Source of the DNA: an uncultured Candidatus Saccharibacteria bacterium
GTDB lineage: Bacteria > Patescibacteriota > Saccharimonadia > Saccharimonadales > Saccharimonadaceae
NCBI GenBank assembly: GCA_937958235.1
Contig: CALFGG010000050.1
Coordinates: 1 to 50,881, forward strand
Length of the DNA: 50,881 nt
Direction: 5' to 3'
Shown here: piece by piece, positions 1 to 11,452 of the stretch
How the letters are laid out: every line of letters begins with the position of its first letter
How positions within the stretch are numbered: position 1 is the stretch's first letter
Translations under genes and position numbers: made by a program
Notes under the pieces: generated by a model
Told to the model about the DNA's origin: nothing
The model's database searches: none
What the model saw: the letters and a program-made list of their open reading frames with translations, nothing else

Positions 1-2682
<2,682 letters not shown>

Positions 2683-2712
2683 GTTGATTCCCTATTTAAT
2701 TACATTGATTAG

Positions 2713-3585
2713 TTAAAATTTATCTTTAGCTCGCTCCAGGCGTGCGATGCGCTTTTCGATGGGTGGATGGGTACTGAAAAGATTTATAAATTGCTTCTTT
2801 AGGGGAGAATTAATAAACATGGCTTCTGTGGCAGCATTCTGGCGCTGCATGGGTCGGCCGTGTTCCTCAAGTTTTTTAAGAGCAGAAATCATCCCTTCTG
2901 GTAAACGCGTTAGCTCAACGGCTGAAATATCAGCAAGATATTCACGCTCACGAGAGATGGCCATTTGCGCAAGACTAGCAGCAAGCGGAGCTAGGAGTGA
3001 GGTGATAATGATAATAAATAAGCCGATTGGACTGTTTTCCTCATCTTTTTTGCGCGTGAAGTAGGTCATGCGTAAACCGATATCAGAAAGAAAACCGATA
3101 ATACAAACCAATGCAAAAGTAATGGCCGAAACCCGAATATCATAGTTTTTAATATGTGAAAGTTCATGTGCCATAACGGCAGTCAACTCTTTATCATCCA
3201 TAATGTCAATTAGGCCAGTGGTGGCAGCAACAAGAGCATGATCTGGGTCACGGCCGGTGGCAAAAGCATTTGGCGCAGAGTCTTGGATAATATAAACTTC
3301 CGGCATTGGCAGTCCAGCGGTAATCGTAAGATTCTCAACAATGTTATATAGCCTACGGTAATCACGACGATTGGCTTTTTTCGCACCCGTCATCATAACT
3401 GCCAGTTTTGAAGATAAAAAATACTGCACACATGCATAAATAAGTGCGATGACAATAGTGGTAAACGCAATTGAAGGATCGCCATAAACATAGGAGAAGA
3501 TACCACCGATTAGAGAAATTAGTAAAATAAAACCAATAAAGATGAGGATGGTATTTCTTTTGTTTTCTGCAATTTGTTTATACAT
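2713..3585 (-). CDS. htpX: M48 family membrane zinc metalloprotease HtpX
   Basis: PNAFATG, HELSH (HExxH), EYLAD, STHPP motifs; follows lemA. Confidence 0.93.
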   Translation of the reverse strand: MYKQIAENKRNTILIFIGFILLISLIGGIFSYVYGDPSIAFTTIVIALIYACVQYFLSSKLAVMMTGAKKANRRDYRRLYNIVENLTITAGLPMPEVYIIQDSAPNAFATGRDPDHALVAATTGLIDIMDDKELTAVMAHELSHIKNYDIRVSAITFALVCIIGFLSDIGLRMTYFTRKKDEENSPIGLFIIIITSLLAPLAASLAQMAISREREYLADISAVELTRLPEGMISALKKLEEHGRPMQRQNAATEAMFINSPLKKQFINLFSTHPPIEKRIARLERAKDKF

Positions 3586-3636
3586 AGCTCTTAAAGAAAA
3601 GAGAGGGTGTGCCCCTCTTTTCTAGATTCCTTTCAC

Positions 3637-4209
3637 TTAGAATTCAACGGACGGAGCTTTTTCAATCTTCTCCATCTCTTTTTCATCTACATTGAAGTAG
3701 GTATATTTTTCAAAACGTGAACCGTAGAGGATATTGACTGGGAACTGAATGATTTTAGTATTAAATTCCCTGGCGCCAGCGTTATAAAAACGACGGGAAG
3801 CCTGAAGTTTTTCTTCAGTATCTACGAGCTGGCTTTGAAGCTCTTTAAAGTTTTCATTAGCCTTTAATTCAGGATAAGCTTCGGCAAGAGCGAAGATTTT
3901 GCCAAGAGCACCCTGAAGAGTTTGCTCTGCGGCGGCAGTTTCATCAACGCCTTTTGCTGACATGACGGCAGTGCGAGCCTTTGTGACTTCTTCAAAGGTT
4001 TCTTTTTCATGTTTGGCATAACCCTTTACGGTATTAACAAGATTTGGAATAAGATCAGCACGGAGCTTAAGAATCACAGTAATACCTGACCAGGCTTCTT
4101 TAACGCGTTCATTTAATCTAATAATAGAGTTATAAGTGGAGATGAGATAGACTACAAGTACGAAGACTAGAGCTAAACAGATCAATCCAATAGTTAATAA
4201 GTTTGGCAT
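3637..4209 (-). CDS. lemA: LemA family protein
   Basis: N-terminal TM, RADLIPNLV, EAYPELKANENF, RRFYN; classic lemA-htpX pair. Confidence 0.95.
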   Translation of the reverse strand: MPNLLTIGLICLALVFVLVVYLISTYNSIIRLNERVKEAWSGITVILKLRADLIPNLVNTVKGYAKHEKETFEEVTKARTAVMSAKGVDETAAAEQTLQGALGKIFALAEAYPELKANENFKELQSQLVDTEEKLQASRRFYNAGAREFNTKIIQFPVNILYGSRFEKYTYFNVDEKEMEKIEKAPSVEF

Positions 4210-4272
4210 TTTTTCTCCTTTTTAATACTTCTATTATATGGTTCGGCGGGGTTTTTCGCAATACTCTTAAGC

Positions 4273-4312
4273 AAAAAATTCTCCACTGAAAGGGGGGTTT
4301 CAGTGGAGAATT
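4273..4312 (-). terminator. Intrinsic terminator after tRNA-Gly
   Basis: Long perfect stem AATTCTCCACTGAAA/TTTCAGTGGAGAATT followed by a T-run on the minus strand. Confidence 0.8.
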
Positions 4313-4345
4313 CCTACCGTAATCTTTTATAGAAGATTATGATAA

Positions 4346-4422
4346 TGGTGCGAGCTAAGAGACTCTAACTCTCGACCTCTTCCTTGGCAAGGAAGCGCTC
4401 TAAACAACTGAGCTAAGCTCGC
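4346..4422 (-). tRNA. tRNA-Gly(GCC)
   Basis: Cloverleaf GCGAGCT.../AGCTCGC-A-CCA; anticodon arm CTTCC-TTGCCAA-GGAAG. Confidence 0.95.
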
Positions 4423-4502
4423 ATCTGTTTAGATTATAGATGAATTTTATTTTAAATTCAAGGGTTTTTTGAATTTTTTATAGCCTAAACAGTTCTGAAC
4501 AA

Positions 4503-6592
4503 TTATTTCTGAGTAAAGTAGCCGGGGTTACCAGGAGCGTCAATATGAGCATAATCACTATTATAATTTGGCCAGACGTAGCTAGTACCATTTCCACCGA
4601 CGACGTTACTAGTATGTTCAAACATTTTCTGAGGAGCAGAACTTAGCCCTGCAACCGTAAAGCTCGGTGAGACTAGAATTGTCTTAACCCCCGAGTCGGT
4701 AAACATAGCCTTGGCTTCAGTCAGACTACGAGTATCAAAGCTGGAAATATCTAGAGTGTCATTACCTGGGTTTTTCATAGTAGAGAGGAACATATCTTTC
4801 ATATTAGTGACCTTTCTTGTATCAAAGGAGGAGATATTTAAATTATTTAGATTAGCTTGACCTTGGAACATAGCCTCCATAGTTGTAACATTGCTTGTAT
4901 TAAAATTCGAGAGATCAAGATTTTGAAGAACCGGCATTGCAGACCAATTAGAGAACATAAATGACATATCAACAACATTATGCGTACGAAAGCTAGAAAC
5001 ATCAAGACTAGACAAGGCGGTCGTTTCCTCAAACATATATTTCATGTGGGTAGCATTTGAAGTGTCGAATTCGCGAAGATCAAGACTTGTTAGGGCATGA
5101 CAATGCGAGAACATAAATTCCATATTCTGCACATTCTTTGTCGTAAAACCTGCGTACTGAAAATTCCTTAGATTAGTAAGACGACCAAACATTGCTGCCA
5201 TGTCAGTGGCGGAATCATTCTGCCAACCAGAAACATTGAGGTCAGTAATTTCCTCACTGTATACAAAAGTACTGTTCATATTAGTAACATTGCGAGTATT
5301 CCACCCAGAAAGATCCAAGGAGGTAACATTTTTCAGTCTGGCAAAAGTAAAGGATAGGTTAGTGACACGGCCGACATCAAAATGGCGAACATCAATATTA
5401 GGAAGATGTGAGCCTTGGAACATTCCCTCCATGTCTCTGACATTACTAGTATCAAAATGTGAAAGATCGATTGGTGATGGACTAACTGTACCAGTATTCG
5501 AATCATCACTACCAAACATATATCTCATATTTTCAACCTGAGAGGTATTGAGATTTCCTATGATTAGATCTTTAACTAATTTCTCTCCACTATGGAACAT
5601 GAATCTCATATCTTTAGCCTTGCTAGTGTCAATTCCGGTTGTATCGATAACAGACACATCATTAGCTCCGCCGTTAAGATCATGAAACATGAAACCAGCA
5701 TTAATGTTTGCGTATGAGACATCTGCGTCACTCCACCAGAGTAGGGTTTTATTTATAGTATCGTACCAGAGATATATTGGCCGATCCGAATCAGGAGTAG
5801 AGACGATTCTTGCTAGGGTTGGGTTAGCAGGAGCAACTGATGAGTGCTTAAACACATTAATATCCTTGGTTGGTGTAATATCTCGGACTACATCATTAAA
5901 ATCAGGCCCCTCAATAAAAGTGGTAGTGGTTGGGACATAGTTAGAAATCACGGTAAAAACAATTTGTTTTGAATATGTACCAGCAGGGAGATCCGGCCCA
6001 GATTTAACCCCAAAATCAATAAAATGCTTAGTCCCAAATGCAGATTTTTTAGTAAACAAGGCATCTGGAGTACTAGCCTTAGGAACTGGATGGTAATTGC
6101 CGGTTGGCAAGATAGCAGCGGCACGATAGCCCCAGGTCTTAGAACTAAACGCGGTATCCGCTAGAGGAGTAGTGATCGAAGGGATTTTTTGAAGAACTGA
6201 GGGGTCGGAGTGATTGAGATTTGTATCCTCATCAATACTAGAGATATAAGCAGTAGCGCCAGTAGAATTATTCGTGTAAACATCGATTAGGAAGGAACCA
6301 TGTTTAAAGGTTGAAGAGGTAAGCTCAGTTTGAGTAAAATTAAAGTCCACTGAGGGATCACTAGAAACAGTAATGATGGGAGAGGTAGATGGCGCCCCGG
6401 GAGCGGCAAAAGTATTATACTGGGAAGTTATCACTAAGAAAGAACCTAGTAAGGTCGTGAATAATGAGAAGATTAAAAATGGAATATAATGAGCACGACA
6501 AGTGAGAATAGACTTTAATGACATGGATTTTTTATTCTGATATAAAGTAGCACCCCCCCCCGATACTGTTTTTTGGTTTTGGATATGAACAT
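4503..6592 (-). CDS. DUF285/BspA-like repeat surface protein; probable true start 6592 is frameshifted by a G9 tract (in-frame ORF 4503-6524)
   Basis: N-terminal hydrophobic segment; about 11 repeats of the LDLSxFDTSNVTxMxxMF type. Upstream ATG 6592 joins the frame if the G tract at 6553-6561 gains one base. Confidence 0.85.
6553..6561 (-). repeat. Poly-G9 homopolymer (candidate contingency tract)
   Basis: C9 on the plus strand; longest G/C run noticed in the window. Confidence 0.9.
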
Positions 6593-6670
6593 ACTAGATC
6601 AATTTTAGCATAATCAAAATAAAAAGATAACAGAATCTGCGAGAGGGGTAGATCAAAAAAGTACGTAAAT

Positions 6671-6697
6671 AAAAAATCGCTCAAGGAGCGAAGTTTT
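6671..6697 (-). terminator. Intrinsic terminator after tRNA-Leu(TAA)
   Basis: TCGCTC-CTT-GAGCGA stem followed by TTTTTT on the minus strand. Confidence 0.65.
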
Positions 6698-6704
6698 AAA
6701 AGGC

Positions 6705-6789
6705 TGGTGCCCGAAATGGGACTTGAACCCATATGGATTTCTCCATTCGATTTTAAGTCGAACGCGTATACCAATTCCGCCATTCGGGC
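6705..6789 (-). tRNA. tRNA-Leu(TAA)
   Basis: GCCCGAA acceptor, anticodon loop CTTAAAA, long variable arm, TTCAAGT T-loop, CCA end. Confidence 0.96.
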
Positions 6790-6856
6790 ATATTTTTATT
6801 ATATTACAGGCTGGCTGGTTTTTCTAGAATATAAAACGCGATCGTCAGTCTGATTT

Positions 6857-6930
6857 TGGAGGCACCGACCGGAATTGAACCGGTGTACACGGTTTTGCAG
6901 ACCGCTGCGTAACCACTCCGCCACAGTGCC
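6857..6930 (-). tRNA. tRNA-Cys(GCA)
   Basis: GGCACTG acceptor, anticodon loop CTGCAAA, U73-CCA, 74 nt. Confidence 0.96.
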
Positions 6931-6960
6931 ATGGTTTTATTTTAGCATAGTTATAAAAAG

Positions 6961-6987
6961 AAAAATACACCTAAGCGGTGTATTTTT
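6961..6987 (-). terminator. Intrinsic terminator of the candidate sRNA
   Basis: AAAAATACACC-GCTTA-GGTGTATTTTT. Confidence 0.8.
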
Positions 6988-7114
6988 GATTACCTCGTAA
7001 TTTTGGGCAGAATTTATTCTTTTCTGGAATGCCTGCAAGATACAAGCAATCTAGCCAAATTACTTCACACTCCACCCTTTGAACTTCGGCGTCTCTCAAC
7101 TTCGCCCAAGTTCT
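6961..7114 (-). ncRNA. Candidate structured small RNA, family unassigned
   Basis: Own promoter and terminator, no ORF, several stems whose G-U pairs work only on the minus strand. Confidence 0.55.
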
Positions 7115-7120
7115 ATATAT

Positions 7121-7148
7121 AGTTTAGCATGAGTGGATTATTCGTCAA
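7121..7148 (-). promoter_or_regulatory. Sigma70-type promoter of the candidate sRNA
   Basis: TTGACG-N16-TAAACT with an extended -10 TG. Confidence 0.6.
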
Positions 7149-7316
7149 CCTTGTTTTTTATGAATATTATATTGTAATAGTTGTTTATTTCTAGTTGCTT
7201 TTTTCTTTTTTTATGTCTTTATGATTTAGTTATAATCGTTCGGGTTTCGGTTTCAGTGTTCGGTTTTATGTTTTTGTTCGGTTTTACAGAGGTGAATTAT
7301 TATTTATGACTACATA

Positions 7317-7346
7317 AAAAATAAACGACGAGTGCCGTTTATTTTT
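7317..7346 (-). terminator. Terminator of the hisS unit
   Basis: AAAAATAAACG...CGTTTATTTTT inverted repeat. Confidence 0.7.
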
Positions 7347-7365
7347 AGCTAATGAATCATTTGTG

Positions 7366-7605
7366 TTAATTTTTCTGATGGTTTTCTTGCTTATTTGCCT
7401 CGCAAGCTTCCTTATCGCCTTCCAGACATAGGATTCTTTCTAGCAGCATCATTTGAGTATTACTTGATGAAACTGTGGTTTTTGTATGTAAATCTTGCAA
7501 ATAAATGAAACTCGCTAAGCTAAGAACAGACAAGAATAGGCTTAATAATGAGATTAGTAGAGTAATAAAAATAAGTATTATTTTTGTTTTTTCTTTCATT
7601 TTCAA
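7366..7605 (-). CDS. Small single-pass membrane protein
   Basis: 79 aa, one long hydrophobic helix, C-terminal Cys pair, 6 nt downstream of hisS. Confidence 0.6.
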   Translation of the reverse strand: MKMKEKTKIILIFITLLISLLSLFLSVLSLASFIYLQDLHTKTTVSSSNTQMMLLERILCLEGDKEACEANKQENHQKN

Positions 7606-7611
7606 CTTTCT

Positions 7612-8910
7612 TTATTTTATGTTGATTACTTCTTTTTGACCACTTACAAGATCCTTAAATTCTATACTGCGCTCTTCTGCCTCCTTTTCGCCAATTACGC
7701 CCACATATTTTGCAATTTTACCAGCGTATTTCATTTTATCGCCAAGTTTTTTATCAGAATATATAATATCTACACTGTGGTTCTTGCTTCGTAAATCCTC
7801 TGCAACTTCTCCGGCAAAAGCATATTCTGATTCGGATAGTGGAATAAGTACATAGTCTATAGGGGCGGATTGGAGTTCGTCTAACATATTATTATTCTGC
7901 AAGACATAGAAGAGACGGGTAAGACCAATGGAAATACCCACGCCTGGGAATGATTGATCAGTGTAGTTGCTAGCCAGATTTTCGTAGCGACCGCCAGAAC
8001 AGATCGATCCGATTTGCTTATACTCGGGGAGAATGGTCTCAAAGACCGTACTAGTATAGTAATCGAGACCACGGATAATCAACATATCAGCAATCACTGA
8101 TTCGCCAAGTCCGCGCTGCTCAAGTAGATTCAAAACAAAATCCAACTCTTTAATCCCCTGTTCAAACTGAGGGCTCTCTAGATTAAGGGCCTTTAGTGCT
8201 AGGATGGAATCATTGCGAGGGCCATTGATTTGTACAAACTGAAGAATCTTCTCGATTTTATCTTCAGGGATATTAAGATTCTCAAGAGCGCTTTTCGTTT
8301 TTTCTAGAGGAACTTTTTCGGCGTGATCGATAATATCGAAGACATCCTTAGTTTGATCGGATAATGCAAGAGCCTCAAGAAAACCAGATAGAATCTTACG
8401 GTTGCTAATTCGGATAACCATTTTTGGCTTAATAAAAGTCTTGAGCGCCGCATAGGCAGTTTCCACCACGTCAGCATCATAGGCGATAGAGAGAGCATTA
8501 CGGCCAATCACATCAACATCAAGCTGATAAAATTCACGAAAACGCCCCTTTTGAGAACGCTCACCGCGAAAATTACGGCCAATCTGAGTAACCTTAAAAG
8601 GAAAGGTGAGTTCACTTTCGTGTTCCACAACGTAGCGAGCAAGCGGCACGGTGTGATCAAAGCGAAGTGCCTGGTCAGCATCATCAGCGATTTCTGCGGT
8701 CTTTACAACCTTATAAATCTGTTTTTCGGTATCACCACCAGCCTTCGCCAGTAGAATCTCGGTGCGATCAATAATTGGGGTTTCGATGTATTGATAACCA
8801 TGAAGATGATACATCTTGGCAATTTGGTCTTTGATGGTGTTAAAAACGATCTGGGCGTCGGGCAAAAGCTCCTGCATCCCAGAAATTGCAGATGTATTGA
8901 TTCTTTTCAT
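7612..8910 (-). CDS. hisS: Histidine--tRNA ligase
   Basis: LRFDHTVPLARY, FRGERSQKGRFREFYQ, RGLDYYT, SGGRY motifs. Confidence 0.98.
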   Translation of the reverse strand: MKRINTSAISGMQELLPDAQIVFNTIKDQIAKMYHLHGYQYIETPIIDRTEILLAKAGGDTEKQIYKVVKTAEIADDADQALRFDHTVPLARYVVEHESELTFPFKVTQIGRNFRGERSQKGRFREFYQLDVDVIGRNALSIAYDADVVETAYAALKTFIKPKMVIRISNRKILSGFLEALALSDQTKDVFDIIDHAEKVPLEKTKSALENLNIPEDKIEKILQFVQINGPRNDSILALKALNLESPQFEQGIKELDFVLNLLEQRGLGESVIADMLIIRGLDYYTSTVFETILPEYKQIGSICSGGRYENLASNYTDQSFPGVGISIGLTRLFYVLQNNNMLDELQSAPIDYVLIPLSESEYAFAGEVAEDLRSKNHSVDIIYSDKKLGDKMKYAGKIAKYVGVIGEKEAEERSIEFKDLVSGQKEVINIK

Positions 8911-8954
8911 AATGTCTTGATTATAGCATACTATATGATATACTAAATTAAAGT

Positions 8955-9030
8955 GGTTCTGTAGCTCAGTTGGTAGAGCAGAGGCCTGAAGAGCCTTGTG
9001 TCACTGGTTCAAGTCCAGTCGGAACCACCA
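8955..9030 (+). tRNA. tRNA-Phe(GAA)
   Basis: 76-nt cloverleaf, anticodon loop CTGAAGA, CCA end. Confidence 0.97.
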
Positions 9031-9157
9031 TTTTTTATGCCTTCTTAATTATTAAAATACATTAGAATTTAAATCAGAAACTAATGAGAGCCATTGATAT
9101 ATGTATTATTTTAATTAATAAATATGATATGATTTTTATAATAGTAATAAAAAGGAA

Positions 9158-9544
9158 ATGACTATAATGAGTGAAAAACTTAATAGTAATTCTGCTAATT
9201 CTTATAGTGGATGGGATGACGAAACTGAGACCAAGAATCAAGTTGAGAAGAAAGAAATTCTTGAAACTAGGAACTTAATTAGTGCTTTGGATTTTGCTGC
9301 TCAAAGAGAAGAAGGTTTTACAGTTGAAGTTGGCGGTAATTATGTAGATAGCGACGGATACTGGCAAGCAACTTCTTTCATGTGCGAGTCTTATGATAAA
9401 GGTGCTGATACTAAGAAGATCGCAGATAATATACATAAAACAGTTGCGTATGAAGCTGTTAATGGTGATATCGTAGCCGATATTTATGCTGGTAAATTAG
9501 AAGACTCAAAGAGGGAAATGATTGCTAGAGCTATACTTCAGTAA
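9158..9544 (+). CDS. Acidic hypothetical protein (start may be 9167)
   Basis: 128 aa, AT-rich flanks, AAGGA upstream, terminator hairpin at about 9579-9616. Confidence 0.7.
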   Translation: MTIMSEKLNSNSANSYSGWDDETETKNQVEKKEILETRNLISALDFAAQREEGFTVEVGGNYVDSDGYWQATSFMCESYDKGADTKKIADNIHKTVAYEAVNGDIVADIYAGKLEDSKREMIARAILQ

Positions 9545-9682
9545 TGTGGTTTTTCAAAAAAGCATAGGATTATATTTTAAAAATACCTCCACAATGATGC
9601 TTGTGGTGGTATTTTTGTCTTAAAAGCATTTACTCCATTAATGTTTTTGAAAAATGCTTAATGGTATAATATAAATATATCT

Positions 9683-10804
9683 ATGGCAAATATTAATGGT
9701 TATTTGAGCGTAGCTGGAGCGCAGAAAATTTCAAAGAAGGCACCTTTCTCTGAAGCCGACCAGCTGATTTTGGCGCGAATTTCTTATTTGCCATTTCATA
9801 AAATTAAACTGGGCTTATTTGAGACAATTGCATCAGTGGCGGATAAAATGCATGAGCTGCCAGCTTCGGCTTTTGGCTGGCCAGATGACCGTAAATTAAT
9901 TGAATTACTCGGACAGTCAAGGCGCTTTAATAAAATGCGTATCAGCAATTTCGTACGTCACAATGATGAGGCACTCGAAAAACAGTTTTCTGCCGTCACT
10001 ATTCATTTGAATCTGCAGAGAGCATATCTTTCCTTTTATGGGACTGATAGTTCCCTGACCGGGTGGAAGGAAGATTTCAACTTAGCTTTTCTTGATAATA
10101 TTCCTGCGCAGATCGAGGCGCTTGAATATCTTAAAAAAGTCAGCCTCAAGTTTTTTTGGAAGAAACTATACCTAGGAGGACACTCTAAGGGCGGGCATGT
10201 TTCAATCTTTGCCGCCATTCATGCCGCAGACCATATTCAAAAAAGAGTCCAAGCTGTTTATAACTATGATGGGCCAGGGATCCGTAAGGACTTGGTTGAA
10301 CAAGATTTAGGTTCTTTTAAGGTTCTCGACCGTATCAATACTTTTGTCCCACAAGAATCAATTATTGGGCGTCTGTTTGAACACCGTGAGGGACTGATAA
10401 TCGTACATAGTACTGCGAAGAATGTTTATCAACACGATATTTACTCTTGGCAGATTGAGGGTAATAAATTGGTTCGCTCGAAAACGACAAAGCGTAGTAA
10501 TATGATTAATCGTGCGATCAATCAATGGATGCAAAATGCTAGTCGCGAGGAAATAAAAATCTTCATCAACGGGATGTTTGAAATTTTTTCATCGGTAGAG
10601 CTGAACAATCCGATAGAACTAATGCGTGAATGGAAGCATTTTGGTCCTAAAATCCTAAAAGAATTTATGAATACGCCAAAAGAAAAGAAGAAGGCAATTT
10701 CTGACATTTGGTTAAAACTGGGTGAATCACTAATCCGCTCACAGATTGAGCAGAGCGAGATTCTAGCAAAATTTAATAAGACTTTTAAGGTTCGGGGGAA
10801 ATAG
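9683..10804 (+). CDS. DUF2974 (Mbeg1-like) alpha/beta hydrolase, putative lipase
   Basis: GTD...GWKEDF, GHSKGG nucleophile elbow, YDGPG, HD motif. Confidence 0.88.
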   Translation: MANINGYLSVAGAQKISKKAPFSEADQLILARISYLPFHKIKLGLFETIASVADKMHELPASAFGWPDDRKLIELLGQSRRFNKMRISNFVRHNDEALEKQFSAVTIHLNLQRAYLSFYGTDSSLTGWKEDFNLAFLDNIPAQIEALEYLKKVSLKFFWKKLYLGGHSKGGHVSIFAAIHAADHIQKRVQAVYNYDGPGIRKDLVEQDLGSFKVLDRINTFVPQESIIGRLFEHREGLIIVHSTAKNVYQHDIYSWQIEGNKLVRSKTTKRSNMINRAINQWMQNASREEIKIFINGMFEIFSSVELNNPIELMREWKHFGPKILKEFMNTPKEKKKAISDIWLKLGESLIRSQIEQSEILAKFNKTFKVRGK

Positions 10805-10810
10805 TCGTAG

Positions 10811-11452
10811 ATGCGAAAATTTCAGTTAGATCAGAACTTCCTAAAAAGTCCAAAACTGGCATTATTTCTGATTGGACACTCCAATATTAAGAAACGAGAT
10901 CTAGTGATTGACCTTGGTGCCGGCTCTGGCGTAATAACGAGCGCACTAGCAAGACGTTGTAAAAAGGTGATCGCAGTCGAAAAAGACCCGGAGACTGCAA
11001 AAAAATTGCGAGCAAACTTGGAGCGCCAAAAAATTTCTAATGTGGAAATTTTTGTGGGTGATCTTAGGGAGCTAAAACTTCCAAATGAGCCTTACAAGAT
11101 TTTTGCCAACCCGCCTTTTTCCCTATCCGCTGAAGTATTTTATAAATTACTCAATTTAGAGAATCGAGATGGACAAATAGTTGAACTAGAAAATAAAAAA
11201 CATCGACGACCAGATGCGATTTATTTGATTCTACAAAAACAACTGGCCTTAAAATTAATTATTACAGAGAGACACTATACCAGCCAACTCGGTAGAATTC
11301 TAGCTAAAAATTATGCGACCCGAATCCGGTTGCCACTAAAGGAGACTGATTTTACGCCGCCTCCACGCGTGCCGACTGTTTTATTTGAAGCGAAACAGTT
11401 TACTTTAAGCCCTGAGCCAGGAACCGCTCAACATAACTGTAATCCCAGCTAG
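10811..11452 (+). CDS. Short Erm/KsgA-family rRNA adenine N6-methyltransferase
   Basis: QNFL, DLGAGSG, NPPF, FTPPPRV; no C-terminal helical domain. Confidence 0.85.
   Translation: MRKFQLDQNFLKSPKLALFLIGHSNIKKRDLVIDLGAGSGVITSALARRCKKVIAVEKDPETAKKLRANLERQKISNVEIFVGDLRELKLPNEPYKIFANPPFSLSAEVFYKLLNLENRDGQIVELENKKHRRPDAIYLILQKQLALKLIITERHYTSQLGRILAKNYATRIRLPLKETDFTPPPRVPTVLFEAKQFTLSPEPGTAQHNCNPS

Noticed and set aside
6532..6783. 83-aa minus-strand ORF
   Set aside because: Runs through tRNA-Leu and its terminator; only the G tract within it is meaningful.
7064..7080. AAAGGGTGGAG resembling a T-box antiterminator
   Set aside because: No UGGNACC completion, no stem I/specifier loop, and no downstream aaRS gene.
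7612..7890. 3' end of hisS looks more AT-rich, suggesting a recombination junction
   Set aside because: Based on a few hand-counted lines; within normal variation without a comparative alignment.
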